Virus record (IMG/VR): IMGVR_UViG_3300042518_001429 | Location: 27,892-91,891 of that record | DNA: 64,000 nt | Direction: 5' to 3' (one strand) | Source of the DNA: a virus | Part shown: piece after piece, positions 1-9,259 of the stretch | Layout: each line of letters opens with the position of its first letter | How positions within the stretch are numbered: the first letter of the stretch is position 1 | Program-made: the position numbers and the translations under genes | Notes under the pieces: generated by a model | The model's input: the letters and a program-made list of their open reading frames with translations, nothing else | Database searches by the model: none | Told to the model about the DNA's origin: nothing

Positions 1-403
1 CGGCATTTTTTGTACCAGGTATCAAACCGCAGTCTGGGCATGGTTTTTCGGCTTCAGACTCTGAACTGCTCGCACTTGAACCGCTAGCCCCAGTACTGCC
101 TGATTTACTGGCTGAAGTTACATTTGCAGTACCAGTAGTTTTTCCTGCATTGATGCTAAAGGCTTCCCCTGTAGTAGGATTAATAAAACCATCTGCATTA
201 AGCCCGGGAGTAGATTGAATTTGATTAACAAGTGTAGCTTGTGTTGTTGCTGGCATTGCTGCGTTTTGAATATTGAACCCGGCCGCATTACTTGTTGTAT
301 TACCTAATGACAGACCCCCGGTAGGTGCAATAGCTATAGCAGCCGGTTCTCCGGTTGCAGTAGTCGCAATTAAAGTTTTTGTCCCTGTACTTAAACTGGC
401 CAT
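1..403 (-). CDS. Partial ORF (runs off the window's left edge), Ala/Thr/Gly/Ser-rich, followed by CPDC...KC; probable baseplate or spike-associated protein
   Basis: Read by hand from ATG at 403: MASLSTGTKTLIATTATGEPAA...SESEAEKPCPDCGLIPGTKKC, open to position 1. Lies 10 nt downstream of the gp5-like gene. Not in the ORF track. Confidence 0.75.
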   Translation of the reverse strand, partial: MASLSTGTKTLIATTATGEPAAIAIAPTGGLSLGNTTSNAAGFNIQNAAMPATTQATLVNQIQSTPGLNADGFINPTTGEAFSINAGKTTGTANVTSASKSGSTGASGSSASSSESEAEKPCPDCGLIPGTKNA

Positions 404-413
404 ATATTATTTT

Positions 414-2768
414 TTATCTGTTACTTTTGTTAGCTTTTTGTTGAGTTTCGTTGCGTTGTTCATTACTAAAAGAGTTTATTTTGTTAGTAAGATTTTTTAA
501 AGAATTAGTAAGACCGGTTGTTATAGTGGGTTTAGTTGTCGTTGTGCTTGCTGAACTACTACCCCCCTCTTTAAGCATATTTTTATTAATATCCTTAACT
601 ATTTGAGCGTGTTCTTCTATAATTGCTAAAGCTTCTTGCGACATATTTCCTACAATTGTGATTCGGTCACCAATAGTGACTTGATTACTGTCCCCCTGGG
701 TCCAATCCTCTCTATTTAAACAACTATTATAAGCATTACCAGCAACCTGTTGCACGTGCTCGTTTGGTGAATAAAGCACCGACCCTTTTGAATGCCATTC
801 CATATGCCCGCCATTTGCGTGAAATAATCTTAAAGAGCGAGCATCTTCTTCATCTGTAATAGTATCAACAAACGAAATACCACCTGATTGATTAGGTCTG
901 AAAATTGCCTGATTACGAGGTGTTGTATCTCCTTCTTGAGGATAGTGTGCCCCTGGTGAAGAGGACTTAAAAGCGTTTTGCCACTCTCTAGAGCCATACG
1001 AAGCAGCGAAGTATACAGGAAACAATGGATCTCCTTCTCTGAAGAATACCCACAACATCGCACCTGGGTTTGGAACAGAGAACATTCCTTGAGGCATACC
1101 TGTTGTATCTGTTACAGATGGTTGTGTAGGTGTAGGGTTTCGGACCATGCCTGCCTGGCCTTCCAAACCATTAACATCAGCAACACTTGTTACTGGACCA
1201 ATTGGTCCCGCATATGGTATACCCATATAATCAGTATTACAAAGACCTGTCTGTTGAACAGCCGCTTGACCGTCTGGTGTAAGGCGGAACACTGTTGTTT
1301 GTTGACCGCTTTTACCAGCGTACGCATCAAAATTTAATCCTTCTGTTTTATATGAGTGCCAGTTGCCGTCGACAAATATTTGAGCATGCCCGTATTTCCC
1401 AGCACCGGCCTGGTGTATAGCTATATCTCCCTGTTGTGGTTGATAGCCTGTACCTTGTATTATACCTAAATTACCATACAAAACTTTACCTTTCCCGGGA
1501 CCCGAAGTTGCCAGAGATGTTAATTTGTTATTAACACCACCTACATCTTTTGCAAAACTAATACCAGTAGATCCCTGCCAAGCAGTATTACCGGTTATAT
1601 AAGCGGCTGAATTAATAGTTCCGTTCAAACATGCTGTCACCCCACTTGATGTTCTTAATATACCATCACTACCAATATTATATTGACTACTAGCGACTGA
1701 ATTACTCCAATTAAAAGGTTTTCCGCCACCACCAGAGCTCGGGCCAGTTCCTGGTAGTGTACTCTGGCTTGTAGTTTGGGCAACATTATTTAGAATTGCC
1801 TGTTGACTGGGCTCAAGTTGTATATAGGGTGGAGGTTCTGGCGACAAAAATGGTGAAGGTTGAGCTGGGTTTGAGCTCCCCGGGTAACCGCCAGCAGACG
1901 GGTCTGTTATATCTATAGAACTTGCAGGTGGTGTCCACCCCCTCCGTAAAGGTCCCCAATAGCGCGCGGCTCCTGTGTTTGCACTATTACCTATTGCCCC
2001 ATCTTGTCTTACAAGTTGTTGTGTGATAACAATTGCTGCCGTAGTATTAACAACAGGATCAATTAGTTGTTGCTGGGAGAAGGCAGGTTGCCCATTAATT
2101 GTGGTTCCAGGCTGAATACCAGCTGCCTGCATCGCGCCTTTATAATTGTTATAATCTAAAGGAGATAGTTGAAATAGTCCATTTGAGTTTCCAGTAAATT
2201 TACCTATATCTCCGACAGTATTTGTATTAAAGCTTGACTCTTTACCCGCTAGATGATACAGGTAATTAGCCCAAGACTGTGGTGTACCATCAATTCCATA
2301 TTTAGCTCCGTCAGTGGGCACAAACCCGTTTAACCCGGAATTTGCAATTTGACTTTCCAAAAAGCCAAGAAATTCCCCTTTGCTAACAGAACCATCAGAA
2401 TTTAAACTAATAGATCCACCACCTACAGCTACCGGGTTAACACCTACCGCCGCTTGATTTTCTGTATTGTATGATTGATTAAAATTACCAGATTGTGGAT
2501 TGTAATGACCTGCTACAGAGTTGCCAAATACTGGGGAAGCAGCTTCAGCCCAAGGTAGCATCTTTTTTAATTGATCAATATCTTTTTGTGGTAATGCTTG
2601 TTCAAGATTGTTACCTACAATTTCAATTTTGCGATCAACACCAGCTTGATTCCAGCGTTCATACAACGCAGGCATAATATGAGGAATAAAGATTTGTACC
2701 CGACCTCGAAATTCTGGATCGGTATTGCTTATACAAAGCCCTAAATAGTTTCCGTAAAATTTGTCCAT
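414..2768 (-). CDS. gp5/VgrG-like baseplate hub/spike protein with inserted lytic transglycosylase-like and CHAP/NlpC-like domains
   Basis: OB-fold motifs YLG..ISNTDPEFRGRVQIFIP, LPWAE and GMFSVPNPGAMLWVFFREGDPLFPVYF. SLT-like KESSFN...GLFQL. Cys/His motif TACLNG...GDIAI...GHAQIFVDGNWHS. Confidence 0.85.
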   Translation of the reverse strand: MDKFYGNYLGLCISNTDPEFRGRVQIFIPHIMPALYERWNQAGVDRKIEIVGNNLEQALPQKDIDQLKKMLPWAEAASPVFGNSVAGHYNPQSGNFNQSYNTENQAAVGVNPVAVGGGSISLNSDGSVSKGEFLGFLESQIANSGLNGFVPTDGAKYGIDGTPQSWANYLYHLAGKESSFNTNTVGDIGKFTGNSNGLFQLSPLDYNNYKGAMQAAGIQPGTTINGQPAFSQQQLIDPVVNTTAAIVITQQLVRQDGAIGNSANTGAARYWGPLRRGWTPPASSIDITDPSAGGYPGSSNPAQPSPFLSPEPPPYIQLEPSQQAILNNVAQTTSQSTLPGTGPSSGGGGKPFNWSNSVASSQYNIGSDGILRTSSGVTACLNGTINSAAYITGNTAWQGSTGISFAKDVGGVNNKLTSLATSGPGKGKVLYGNLGIIQGTGYQPQQGDIAIHQAGAGKYGHAQIFVDGNWHSYKTEGLNFDAYAGKSGQQTTVFRLTPDGQAAVQQTGLCNTDYMGIPYAGPIGPVTSVADVNGLEGQAGMVRNPTPTQPSVTDTTGMPQGMFSVPNPGAMLWVFFREGDPLFPVYFAASYGSREWQNAFKSSSPGAHYPQEGDTTPRNQAIFRPNQSGGISFVDTITDEEDARSLRLFHANGGHMEWHSKGSVLYSPNEHVQQVAGNAYNSCLNREDWTQGDSNQVTIGDRITIVGNMSQEALAIIEEHAQIVKDINKNMLKEGGSSSASTTTTKPTITTGLTNSLKNLTNKINSFSNEQRNETQQKANKSNR

Positions 2769-2789
2769 TTTATTAATTTATTATAAAGT

Positions 2790-4073
2790 TTAAGATACAG
2801 CTATTTGAGTCGGATTATTATAGTTCGGATTAGGTTGATTGGCTTGGGTTTGAACAATGTTGCCCCCTGTGTTACCTTTATTGTATGTAGGACCTGCAGG
2901 TGTGCTAAATGGCACTGTTGCATTATCGTATGATTGAGCTCCAGAGGTCGGTATACCTGTAAACAGAGGAGCCAAAATAGAAAATTGAGTTGCAAAACCA
3001 TTTAAAATACTAGCCATTACCCCGCCCTGCAAACCTTGCAATACACTTTGCAAACCAAAGCCCATATTACCATTAAGACCGAATCCAGTTACAGAGGATA
3101 TTTGCCCAAGAAAATTATTAAGGCCAGGTACCTGTCCTAGCAAATTATTAAATAGTTGTTGAGGGTTTTGCAAAATGTATACACCTTGGTTGAAGCTTGG
3201 CGGGAATAAAGAAAAGGCAGCATCTAGTGGGTTTTGTAATGCACCATTTATAGTGTTAGTAAAGGATATTAAATTATTTGTAAATGCTGTTATTTGATTA
3301 AATCCACTAAAGATAGTAGCAATACCCCCAATTTGATTTGCAAAAATTGAAAGCTGGTTTAGAAAATCAGTTAAACCAGGGAATAACTGATCAATCATAT
3401 TAACCAAAAATTGTTGTATCATATCGAATATAGCGTTTATAGCATCGCTAATAGCAGACATAATCTCCATCAACCCTGCATAGATATCAGAAATTAACTG
3501 AATAGGTATGGCTAATATCTGATCTACTAAACCGATAAATGACTGTATACTACCTAATATATTACCAGGTATTTCTAACATTTTACCTAAATTAAAATTT
3601 TTATAGCTACCAACAAATTTAGATCGAAGTGTAGGGCTAATTGCATCTAGTACTGGTCCAATAGCGTTTGGTAAATCAGTTAATGCACCTAAAGGATCCT
3701 TCATTACATTTGTTAATGAATAAAGGGTAGCCCCCATAAAACCTGAAACTGGTTTTAATGTTTCTGAAATCGCTTGATTTGCCTGACTAAGACCGCTTCC
3801 AATTCCTTGAGTAACACTATTAATACCTGAAGTTACTAACCCTGCACCTGTAGCTACATAAAGGTTCGCATATTGATATTTTAATGTTTTATAAACATTA
3901 TTATCAATTTTACCTTGCAGATTAACACCATTAACTACATCACCAAAATTAACAACACTTTGCTTAGCCGCAGTAATTGTAGATCTTATAGGGCCATCCG
4001 GGCTTAAGATTTTAAAAGCTGCAGTTGTAGTATGTTGTAATTTGTCATCTGCATATGACCAAACTTGTCCCAT
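2790..4073 (-). CDS. Amphipathic helical virion-associated protein, function unknown
   Basis: 427-aa ORF, charge-poor and rich in L/I/F/G/Q/N; next to gp5; TAAATA box upstream. Confidence 0.6.
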   Translation of the reverse strand: MGQVWSYADDKLQHTTTAAFKILSPDGPIRSTITAAKQSVVNFGDVVNGVNLQGKIDNNVYKTLKYQYANLYVATGAGLVTSGINSVTQGIGSGLSQANQAISETLKPVSGFMGATLYSLTNVMKDPLGALTDLPNAIGPVLDAISPTLRSKFVGSYKNFNLGKMLEIPGNILGSIQSFIGLVDQILAIPIQLISDIYAGLMEIMSAISDAINAIFDMIQQFLVNMIDQLFPGLTDFLNQLSIFANQIGGIATIFSGFNQITAFTNNLISFTNTINGALQNPLDAAFSLFPPSFNQGVYILQNPQQLFNNLLGQVPGLNNFLGQISSVTGFGLNGNMGFGLQSVLQGLQGGVMASILNGFATQFSILAPLFTGIPTSGAQSYDNATVPFSTPAGPTYNKGNTGGNIVQTQANQPNPNYNNPTQIAVS

Positions 4074-4110
4074 TATATATTATTTAACCAGAGAATCTAG
4101 TTAAACAACA

Positions 4111-4302
4111 TTACTTTACCAATCCCTTAACCCAATCAACAGCTTTCTGCCAGTAAGATTTAACTACAGGAACTGTAGCTGCTGGTACTTCAGCGGTAGC
4201 TTGAATAGCTTCTACTGTTTCCTTTTTAACTCTCTTAACTGTTTTTTTAAGAGTTGTTGAAGGTTTTTTAGTATATTTACGTTTTGTGGTATACTGTGCC
4301 AT
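4111..4302 (-). CDS. Small basic protein with C-terminal amphipathic helix
   Basis: 63 aa, Lys-rich N-terminus, ends YWQKAVDWVKGLVK; fills the intergenic gap; TAAATA box upstream. Confidence 0.65.
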   Translation of the reverse strand: MAQYTTKRKYTKKPSTTLKKTVKRVKKETVEAIQATAEVPAATVPVVKSYWQKAVDWVKGLVK

Positions 4303-4324
4303 AACTATTATTATTTATTCTATT

Positions 4325-6295
4325 TTATCTGCTAATCTCTTCCCAGTCCATTGAAGCGTGAATATCTGCGCCGTTTGAATCAGCAACAGCAACAACAGAA
4401 AGTTCATATGGAGTTCCAGGGGTTCCGTTTAATGCATCTCTTTCCAATTGAAATTTAAATAATGCCTCTTTAAGAATATCTACTGATGTTGAACCCTGAT
4501 TAGAGCCATACATATAACCGGAAGCTAATATTCTTCCCCCTGTATAAGTTCCTCCACCAATCTTATATTCAACAGCACTATCAACACCAGCATCAATCCA
4601 AGTTCCTCCATTAGATGTACCGCTTGCTCGCACCTGCCAGTTATAAGTTGCATTATTCGTAGTACCTAAAAGTGAAATTGCAGTTAAGATTACAATTGCA
4701 TCTAACCTGTTTGGTGTTGCTTTAAGACGAATTGACAGAACTGTATAAACCGTTCCTGCAGTTGTTAAATCAACAGGTGTTTGAACTGGTGTTCCCACTG
4801 CTTGTTGCAAACCTCTCAATTCATAACCACCTTCTGATATTACAGTGGAACATACTTGTTTTAATGTTTTGGAAACACCTGTTGCTGCCTTATTAGTAAT
4901 CTCATATCTCAGAGGCAAAGATGCTGTAGTAATATAAGTTGAAGCAATTCTGTTAGCATGGTGAAATGAATGACAAACAATAAATTTACCATCGATAACA
5001 AACCCAGTTCTTACCGTTCCTAAACCAAGCCATTCGATATCTGTCCACAATATTTGTGCCTTAGTAATATCTAAAGTAAAACCAGAAGGCCCGGTTCCAT
5101 CTAATTTGTCACCATTCCAAGCTGATACAGGTACTATAGTTTCTGAAGAAGGAGAACCATTTACTAATGTTCTTTCAACAAAACTCATTACACCATCATC
5201 TAGTTGAAAATAGATACCATTATCTTGTCCAAAATAACCTACTCTCTGTCTTAAATTTGTAGCAGAAGAAGCCATGACAAATGTATTCATTACTAATAAT
5301 GACTTACCGGGTTGATAAGAAAATACTTTTGTTGTTTCTCTAATAACAGAAGAACCAGATAACCCAGTTACATTTAGTTCCATCAACCCTTGATTTTGAT
5401 TAAAGACATATGAAGCACTAACTGCAGTTAATGATGACCAGAGATTATTGTCTCTATATCTATGACTTGAATCAAATAAAGTCATAGGGGAAGATGTTCT
5501 CAATCTTCCAAAGGCATCAAGCTGAGTTGCTTCCGGTGTTGTGGTAACTTCTGTAATTGGATTTAAGACAGTAATTGAACCAGAGATTGGTAAGGTTTGA
5601 GTTGTACTAATTGCTACAGTATTTGTTATTGTAGCATTAACAGAAGTTACAGGATTTGTTACCGTTAAAGAACCTGAAACTCCAATTGTGTTTGTAACAA
5701 CAGCATTAACAGAAGTTACGGGGTTAGTAACTGTAACACTTCCTGATATTGGCAAGGTCTGAGCTGTACTGATAGATACGGTATTTGTTATATTAGCATT
5801 AACAGCTGTAACAGGATTTGCAACTGTAACATTTCCTGATATTGGTAAAGTTTGAGTTGTACTAATTGCCACTGTATTTGATATAACAGCTGTTAAAGGC
5901 GTTACATTAGCCACTCTAACATCTAAAGCTGATAGTGTAGGATCAACATTGGCAAAATTACCTTGTTTATCTCCAATTGTTATATCATCGATAGTAGATT
6001 CTAAGTCTTGTGTAAGAACTTGAAGGCCGTTTCCATAACCAGGTATAGCTACAACATCTACGGTTACCCCTGAGCTTTCATCTGAAATGTGTACTGAACC
6101 AATATTTACCTCTGAGGATGAAAGAGTTACTTGAAGATCAGAGAAGTTAGTTATATAATTGGCCTGAGCATATAGAGGTCTCCCTAGAGCTTCACCTTCA
6201 ATAGGTATCCAGGAATAGGTTTCAGCTATTCCAACGTTATAAGCTCTTGGTGTATCTTTAGTAGCAGATAATATAGGGGTTAATACAGTTCCCAT
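4325..6295 (-). CDS. Virion structural/decoration protein with Thr/Val/Ser repeat stalk and C-terminal beta-sandwich
   Basis: 656 aa; repeats NTVAISTTQTLPISG.VTV.NPVT.VNA.IT; C-terminal domain starts DAFGRLRTSSPMTLFDS, a motif I recognise from large-phage structural proteins. Confidence 0.65.
   Translation of the reverse strand: MGTVLTPILSATKDTPRAYNVGIAETYSWIPIEGEALGRPLYAQANYITNFSDLQVTLSSSEVNIGSVHISDESSGVTVDVVAIPGYGNGLQVLTQDLESTIDDITIGDKQGNFANVDPTLSALDVRVANVTPLTAVISNTVAISTTQTLPISGNVTVANPVTAVNANITNTVSISTAQTLPISGSVTVTNPVTSVNAVVTNTIGVSGSLTVTNPVTSVNATITNTVAISTTQTLPISGSITVLNPITEVTTTPEATQLDAFGRLRTSSPMTLFDSSHRYRDNNLWSSLTAVSASYVFNQNQGLMELNVTGLSGSSVIRETTKVFSYQPGKSLLVMNTFVMASSATNLRQRVGYFGQDNGIYFQLDDGVMSFVERTLVNGSPSSETIVPVSAWNGDKLDGTGPSGFTLDITKAQILWTDIEWLGLGTVRTGFVIDGKFIVCHSFHHANRIASTYITTASLPLRYEITNKAATGVSKTLKQVCSTVISEGGYELRGLQQAVGTPVQTPVDLTTAGTVYTVLSIRLKATPNRLDAIVILTAISLLGTTNNATYNWQVRASGTSNGGTWIDAGVDSAVEYKIGGGTYTGGRILASGYMYGSNQGSTSVDILKEALFKFQLERDALNGTPGTPYELSVVAVADSNGADIHASMDWEEISR
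5555..5880 (-). repeat. Imperfect ~93-bp (31-aa) coding tandem repeat, 3-4 copies, one shortened
   Basis: GTTTGAGTTGTACTAATTGC occurs near 5595 and 5850; the peptide unit recurs in the translation. Confidence 0.8.
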
Positions 6296-6323
6296 CTATA
6301 ATACTTATAAAGCTCTTTAAAGA

Positions 6324-8279
6324 TTAACCTACTTTCCAAATTTCTAGTTGGAATAATATTGCTCTTGTTTCTGATGGGAAAGCAGCGGTAACGGGTTCCC
6401 GTAAACTACCTGTTACACCACCTTGATTGCCGCGTATTCTTATACGGTAAGAACTTGCTATTGGGACATTTATTCTACCAGTAAGAACATGGTCATAAGT
6501 CATAACAGAAGACGCACTCCACGGTTTTGTCATGTATGGTGTACTCATAAGTACAGGGGCACTTGTTCCCGCTTGTTCAAAAATGTAATCAACAGCACTT
6601 TCAACACCTGAAGACCATGTTATTAAAAGAGGTGCTCTAAGAGAAATTTCATAAACACCTGCACTCGGGAATGAAACAAGACCACTTGGGTCACATGTTA
6701 TACCTATAGTATCGTAACGTAAACTGTTTGTCGGGTCTTGAGGTTGACCTGGTTGAAATCTTAAAAATCTTTCTACCATAGAGCCAAAAGCGGGTCTGGA
6801 TGTGTTAGTGGGTGCAGGTAAGATAATTTGAGCTGGTTGATTTTCAGCTGCTGAAGCTCCGGTTATAAGTTTTAACGTACTGACATTGGTATATGTACCA
6901 GCCATTTCATAAAATCTAGCATATGGTATATTAGATAAATAATTTCTCATAAGTTCTGCAGTTATTTTTTTAAGAGAAGTTCCTGATGTATCATAAATTA
7001 GAAACTCATCATTATTACTTAAGGATGTTTTGGAATTTTGATCAGTAATAACACTAGATTGAAGAGTACTTGTTATTGAAACATTTGCAGTACCGTCAAA
7101 GCTAACAGATCCAACAACAGCTCCTGCTAAGGCTATATTTCGTGCTATTTCTAATCTATCTGCTCTATCAGCATTACCTGTAAGATTACCTGTAACATTT
7201 CCGGTTACGTCTCCGGTTACGTTACCTGTAACATTACCTGTAACATTACCTGTAACATTACCTTTTACATTTCCAACAAATCCGAAAGCTGCAGCAGAAG
7301 CTGTAACTACTCCAGCAGAAAAATCACCGTAAGTGTCTCTTAATACTAAAGTACTTCCAAGAAGACTTGATGTACCTGTTGTTGCTTCATTAGGAACATT
7401 TGCAAACTGTAATGAACCGCTCGCGCGCACTAAAACTTTATTATCAGTTGATGCCACTATATCTGTCGGTGTACCGGTAGTGTTGGTTGCATTACCTTTT
7501 ATTGAATAAGCTGGAGATGTTGCTAATTTTGCATTTGTAACATTGCCGTTTGCAATCTTAGTAACAGTAATTGCGTCAGCGGCAATTTTATCTTCTGTAA
7601 CAGCAAGAGCAGAAAGTTTTGCTGTGTTAACAGCTTCATTACCTATTTTTGCATTAGTTACTACACCAGTGCCTAATTTAGTTTCAGTAACAGATCCGTC
7701 ATAAATTTTAGCTTCTATAACAGCATTATTAGCAAGTTCTGTCTGATCCACTACCCCAGGATTAATATTCCAAGTAAGAGTGTTGTTCGATACGGTGATA
7801 TCTCCGTAATTTCTATCTACCAACGAACCTGATAATGCCCCGGTATCTGGTTGATTTGTCCAGAATGCTCCATCCCATTTTAAAACATGACCGTTAACAA
7901 TTGTTGAGGTTAGTTTGACACCAGCAAGAGAGGATAGAGCTATGTTTGTTGAAGTTAAAAGTTGTTTACCGAATGTTGTAATGTCCTGACCAAATTTTAT
8001 AGTACCTAAAGAATTATTAATAACATCTGCTGATAAAATATAACTATTAGGGTTAAAACTCAAATCAATTGTTGAAGAATCTTTTGCTGAAAGAGATTTA
8101 ACAAAAGCAGAAAGAGCAACTATACGGCCATTAAGAATGCTTGATAAGCCTGTTAGTGTTGTGTAAAGACTACAAAGGTCTTGGGATAAAAGACTAAAAT
8201 TATTATTAATAACAATACGTGTATCCCCGATACAGTCAGTACCCTGAATAGAAGTTAAAGGTGTAGAACAAGCAGCCAT
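6324..8279 (-). CDS. Tail fibre/whisker-like protein
   Basis: N-terminal DCIGDT..INNNF anchor, 10-aa V(T/I)xxK(I/L) repeats, GNVT repeats, ARNIALAG.V.GS.SFDG fibre motif, C-terminal beta-sandwich. Confidence 0.75.
   Translation of the reverse strand: MAACSTPLTSIQGTDCIGDTRIVINNNFSLLSQDLCSLYTTLTGLSSILNGRIVALSAFVKSLSAKDSSTIDLSFNPNSYILSADVINNSLGTIKFGQDITTFGKQLLTSTNIALSSLAGVKLTSTIVNGHVLKWDGAFWTNQPDTGALSGSLVDRNYGDITVSNNTLTWNINPGVVDQTELANNAVIEAKIYDGSVTETKLGTGVVTNAKIGNEAVNTAKLSALAVTEDKIAADAITVTKIANGNVTNAKLATSPAYSIKGNATNTTGTPTDIVASTDNKVLVRASGSLQFANVPNEATTGTSSLLGSTLVLRDTYGDFSAGVVTASAAAFGFVGNVKGNVTGNVTGNVTGNVTGDVTGNVTGNLTGNADRADRLEIARNIALAGAVVGSVSFDGTANVSITSTLQSSVITDQNSKTSLSNNDEFLIYDTSGTSLKKITAELMRNYLSNIPYARFYEMAGTYTNVSTLKLITGASAAENQPAQIILPAPTNTSRPAFGSMVERFLRFQPGQPQDPTNSLRYDTIGITCDPSGLVSFPSAGVYEISLRAPLLITWSSGVESAVDYIFEQAGTSAPVLMSTPYMTKPWSASSVMTYDHVLTGRINVPIASSYRIRIRGNQGGVTGSLREPVTAAFPSETRAILFQLEIWKVG
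7174..7272 (-). repeat. 12-bp tandem repeat encoding (GNVT)n, about 8 units
   Basis: TTACCTGTAACA repeated; peptide GNVKGNVTGNVTGNVTGNVTGDVTGNVTGNLTGN. Confidence 0.9.
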
Positions 8280-8315
8280 TATAAAATATTTATGCTATAG
8301 AAACCTTAAAACAAG

Positions 8316-8343
8316 TTGATTGCAGAATAGTTTCTAGTATTAT
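8316..8343 (+). promoter_or_regulatory. Sigma70-like promoter; -10 box 6 nt before ATG (predicted leaderless mRNA)
   Basis: TTGATT-N16-TATTAT-TTAATC-ATG(8350); the same architecture occurs at 51356. Confidence 0.65.
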
Positions 8344-8349
8344 TTAATC

Positions 8350-8886
8350 ATGAATATATTTGTAACTAATGAAGATCCGGTTCTTGCAGCACAAGAACTC
8401 TGCGATAAACATGTAAGATCTAAAATGCAAATTGAGTCTGCTATTATGCTGCAGAACTGTTTTACCAACGAGCAGTTACAAGATCCAAAATGTCCTAGAA
8501 CAAAGACAGGCAAGGCTCGTAAAGCAGGTAAGGGGTACGCTAAGCATCAATGCACACTTTGGACTATGGAGTCAAGAGCTAATTTTATGTGGCTTGTTGA
8601 ACACGCTTTAGAGATGTTCGACGAGAGGGATTATCGTTGGCCAGAATCTAATCCTCATTTTACTAAAGAGTTTATCGAATGGTGTAAACAAAACAAAGAC
8701 AAGACTATTCATACAAATAATGAACCGACGCCTTTTACTATTGCGATTGCAAAAGACACCGAATGTCGGAAGATAAAAGATTTTGACAAGCTTTCTGTAA
8801 TTGAACAATACCGGCAGTATATTATAAAAGATAAACCTTTTGTATCTTGGACTAAACGTGCCCAGCCCTTCTGGTATACAACTTAA
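8350..8886 (+). CDS. Pyrimidine-dimer DNA glycosylase / endonuclease V (DenV-like) family protein
   Basis: MNIFV..DP..AAQ.LCDKHV..KM..ESA.ML, H.CT.W...S..NF.WL..H, YR.Y...K....WTKR..P.W. Confidence 0.85.
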   Translation: MNIFVTNEDPVLAAQELCDKHVRSKMQIESAIMLQNCFTNEQLQDPKCPRTKTGKARKAGKGYAKHQCTLWTMESRANFMWLVEHALEMFDERDYRWPESNPHFTKEFIEWCKQNKDKTIHTNNEPTPFTIAIAKDTECRKIKDFDKLSVIEQYRQYIIKDKPFVSWTKRAQPFWYTT

Positions 8887-8896
8887 GCATTTGTTA

Positions 8897-9190
8897 ATGG
8901 CAAAATATTCTTCAATGTATATTCCCCTGTCTATGCCTCCTACTACAGAGGATAAGTTTGCTATCTATCTCACTATAGAAGGAGATGTAGAAATGTTTCT
9001 CTATGATGGTAAACAGGTTTTTACTCCAGACTTCCCTGATATACCTATTGAGAGAATTGACTTAAAGGACGGCAGAACTATAAGACAAGAAACATTAGCT
9101 CGTATCTGCCGTTACCTCATGTCTCAGCAAACTGTTGAGTATAATAAAGAGTTTAAGTTCTGGGAAGCTTTACCTAACGATCCTTTTTAA
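8897..9190 (+). CDS. Hypothetical protein
   Basis: ORF track gives 8840..9190; the in-frame ATG at 8897 avoids overlap with the upstream gene. Confidence 0.6.
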   Translation: MAKYSSMYIPLSMPPTTEDKFAIYLTIEGDVEMFLYDGKQVFTPDFPDIPIERIDLKDGRTIRQETLARICRYLMSQQTVEYNKEFKFWEALPNDPF

Positions 9191-9227
9191 AAAAAGAAAC
9201 TCCCGACCTTTCGATCGGGAGTTCTTT
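9189..9227. terminator. Rho-independent terminator, probably bidirectional, after the major capsid gene
   Basis: Minus strand AACTCCCGATC-GAAA-GGTCGGGAGTT followed by TCTTTTTTT; lies between convergent genes. Confidence 0.9.
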
Positions 9228-9259
9228 GAATTTGTTGAGATTTTCCACCAATACCTGTA

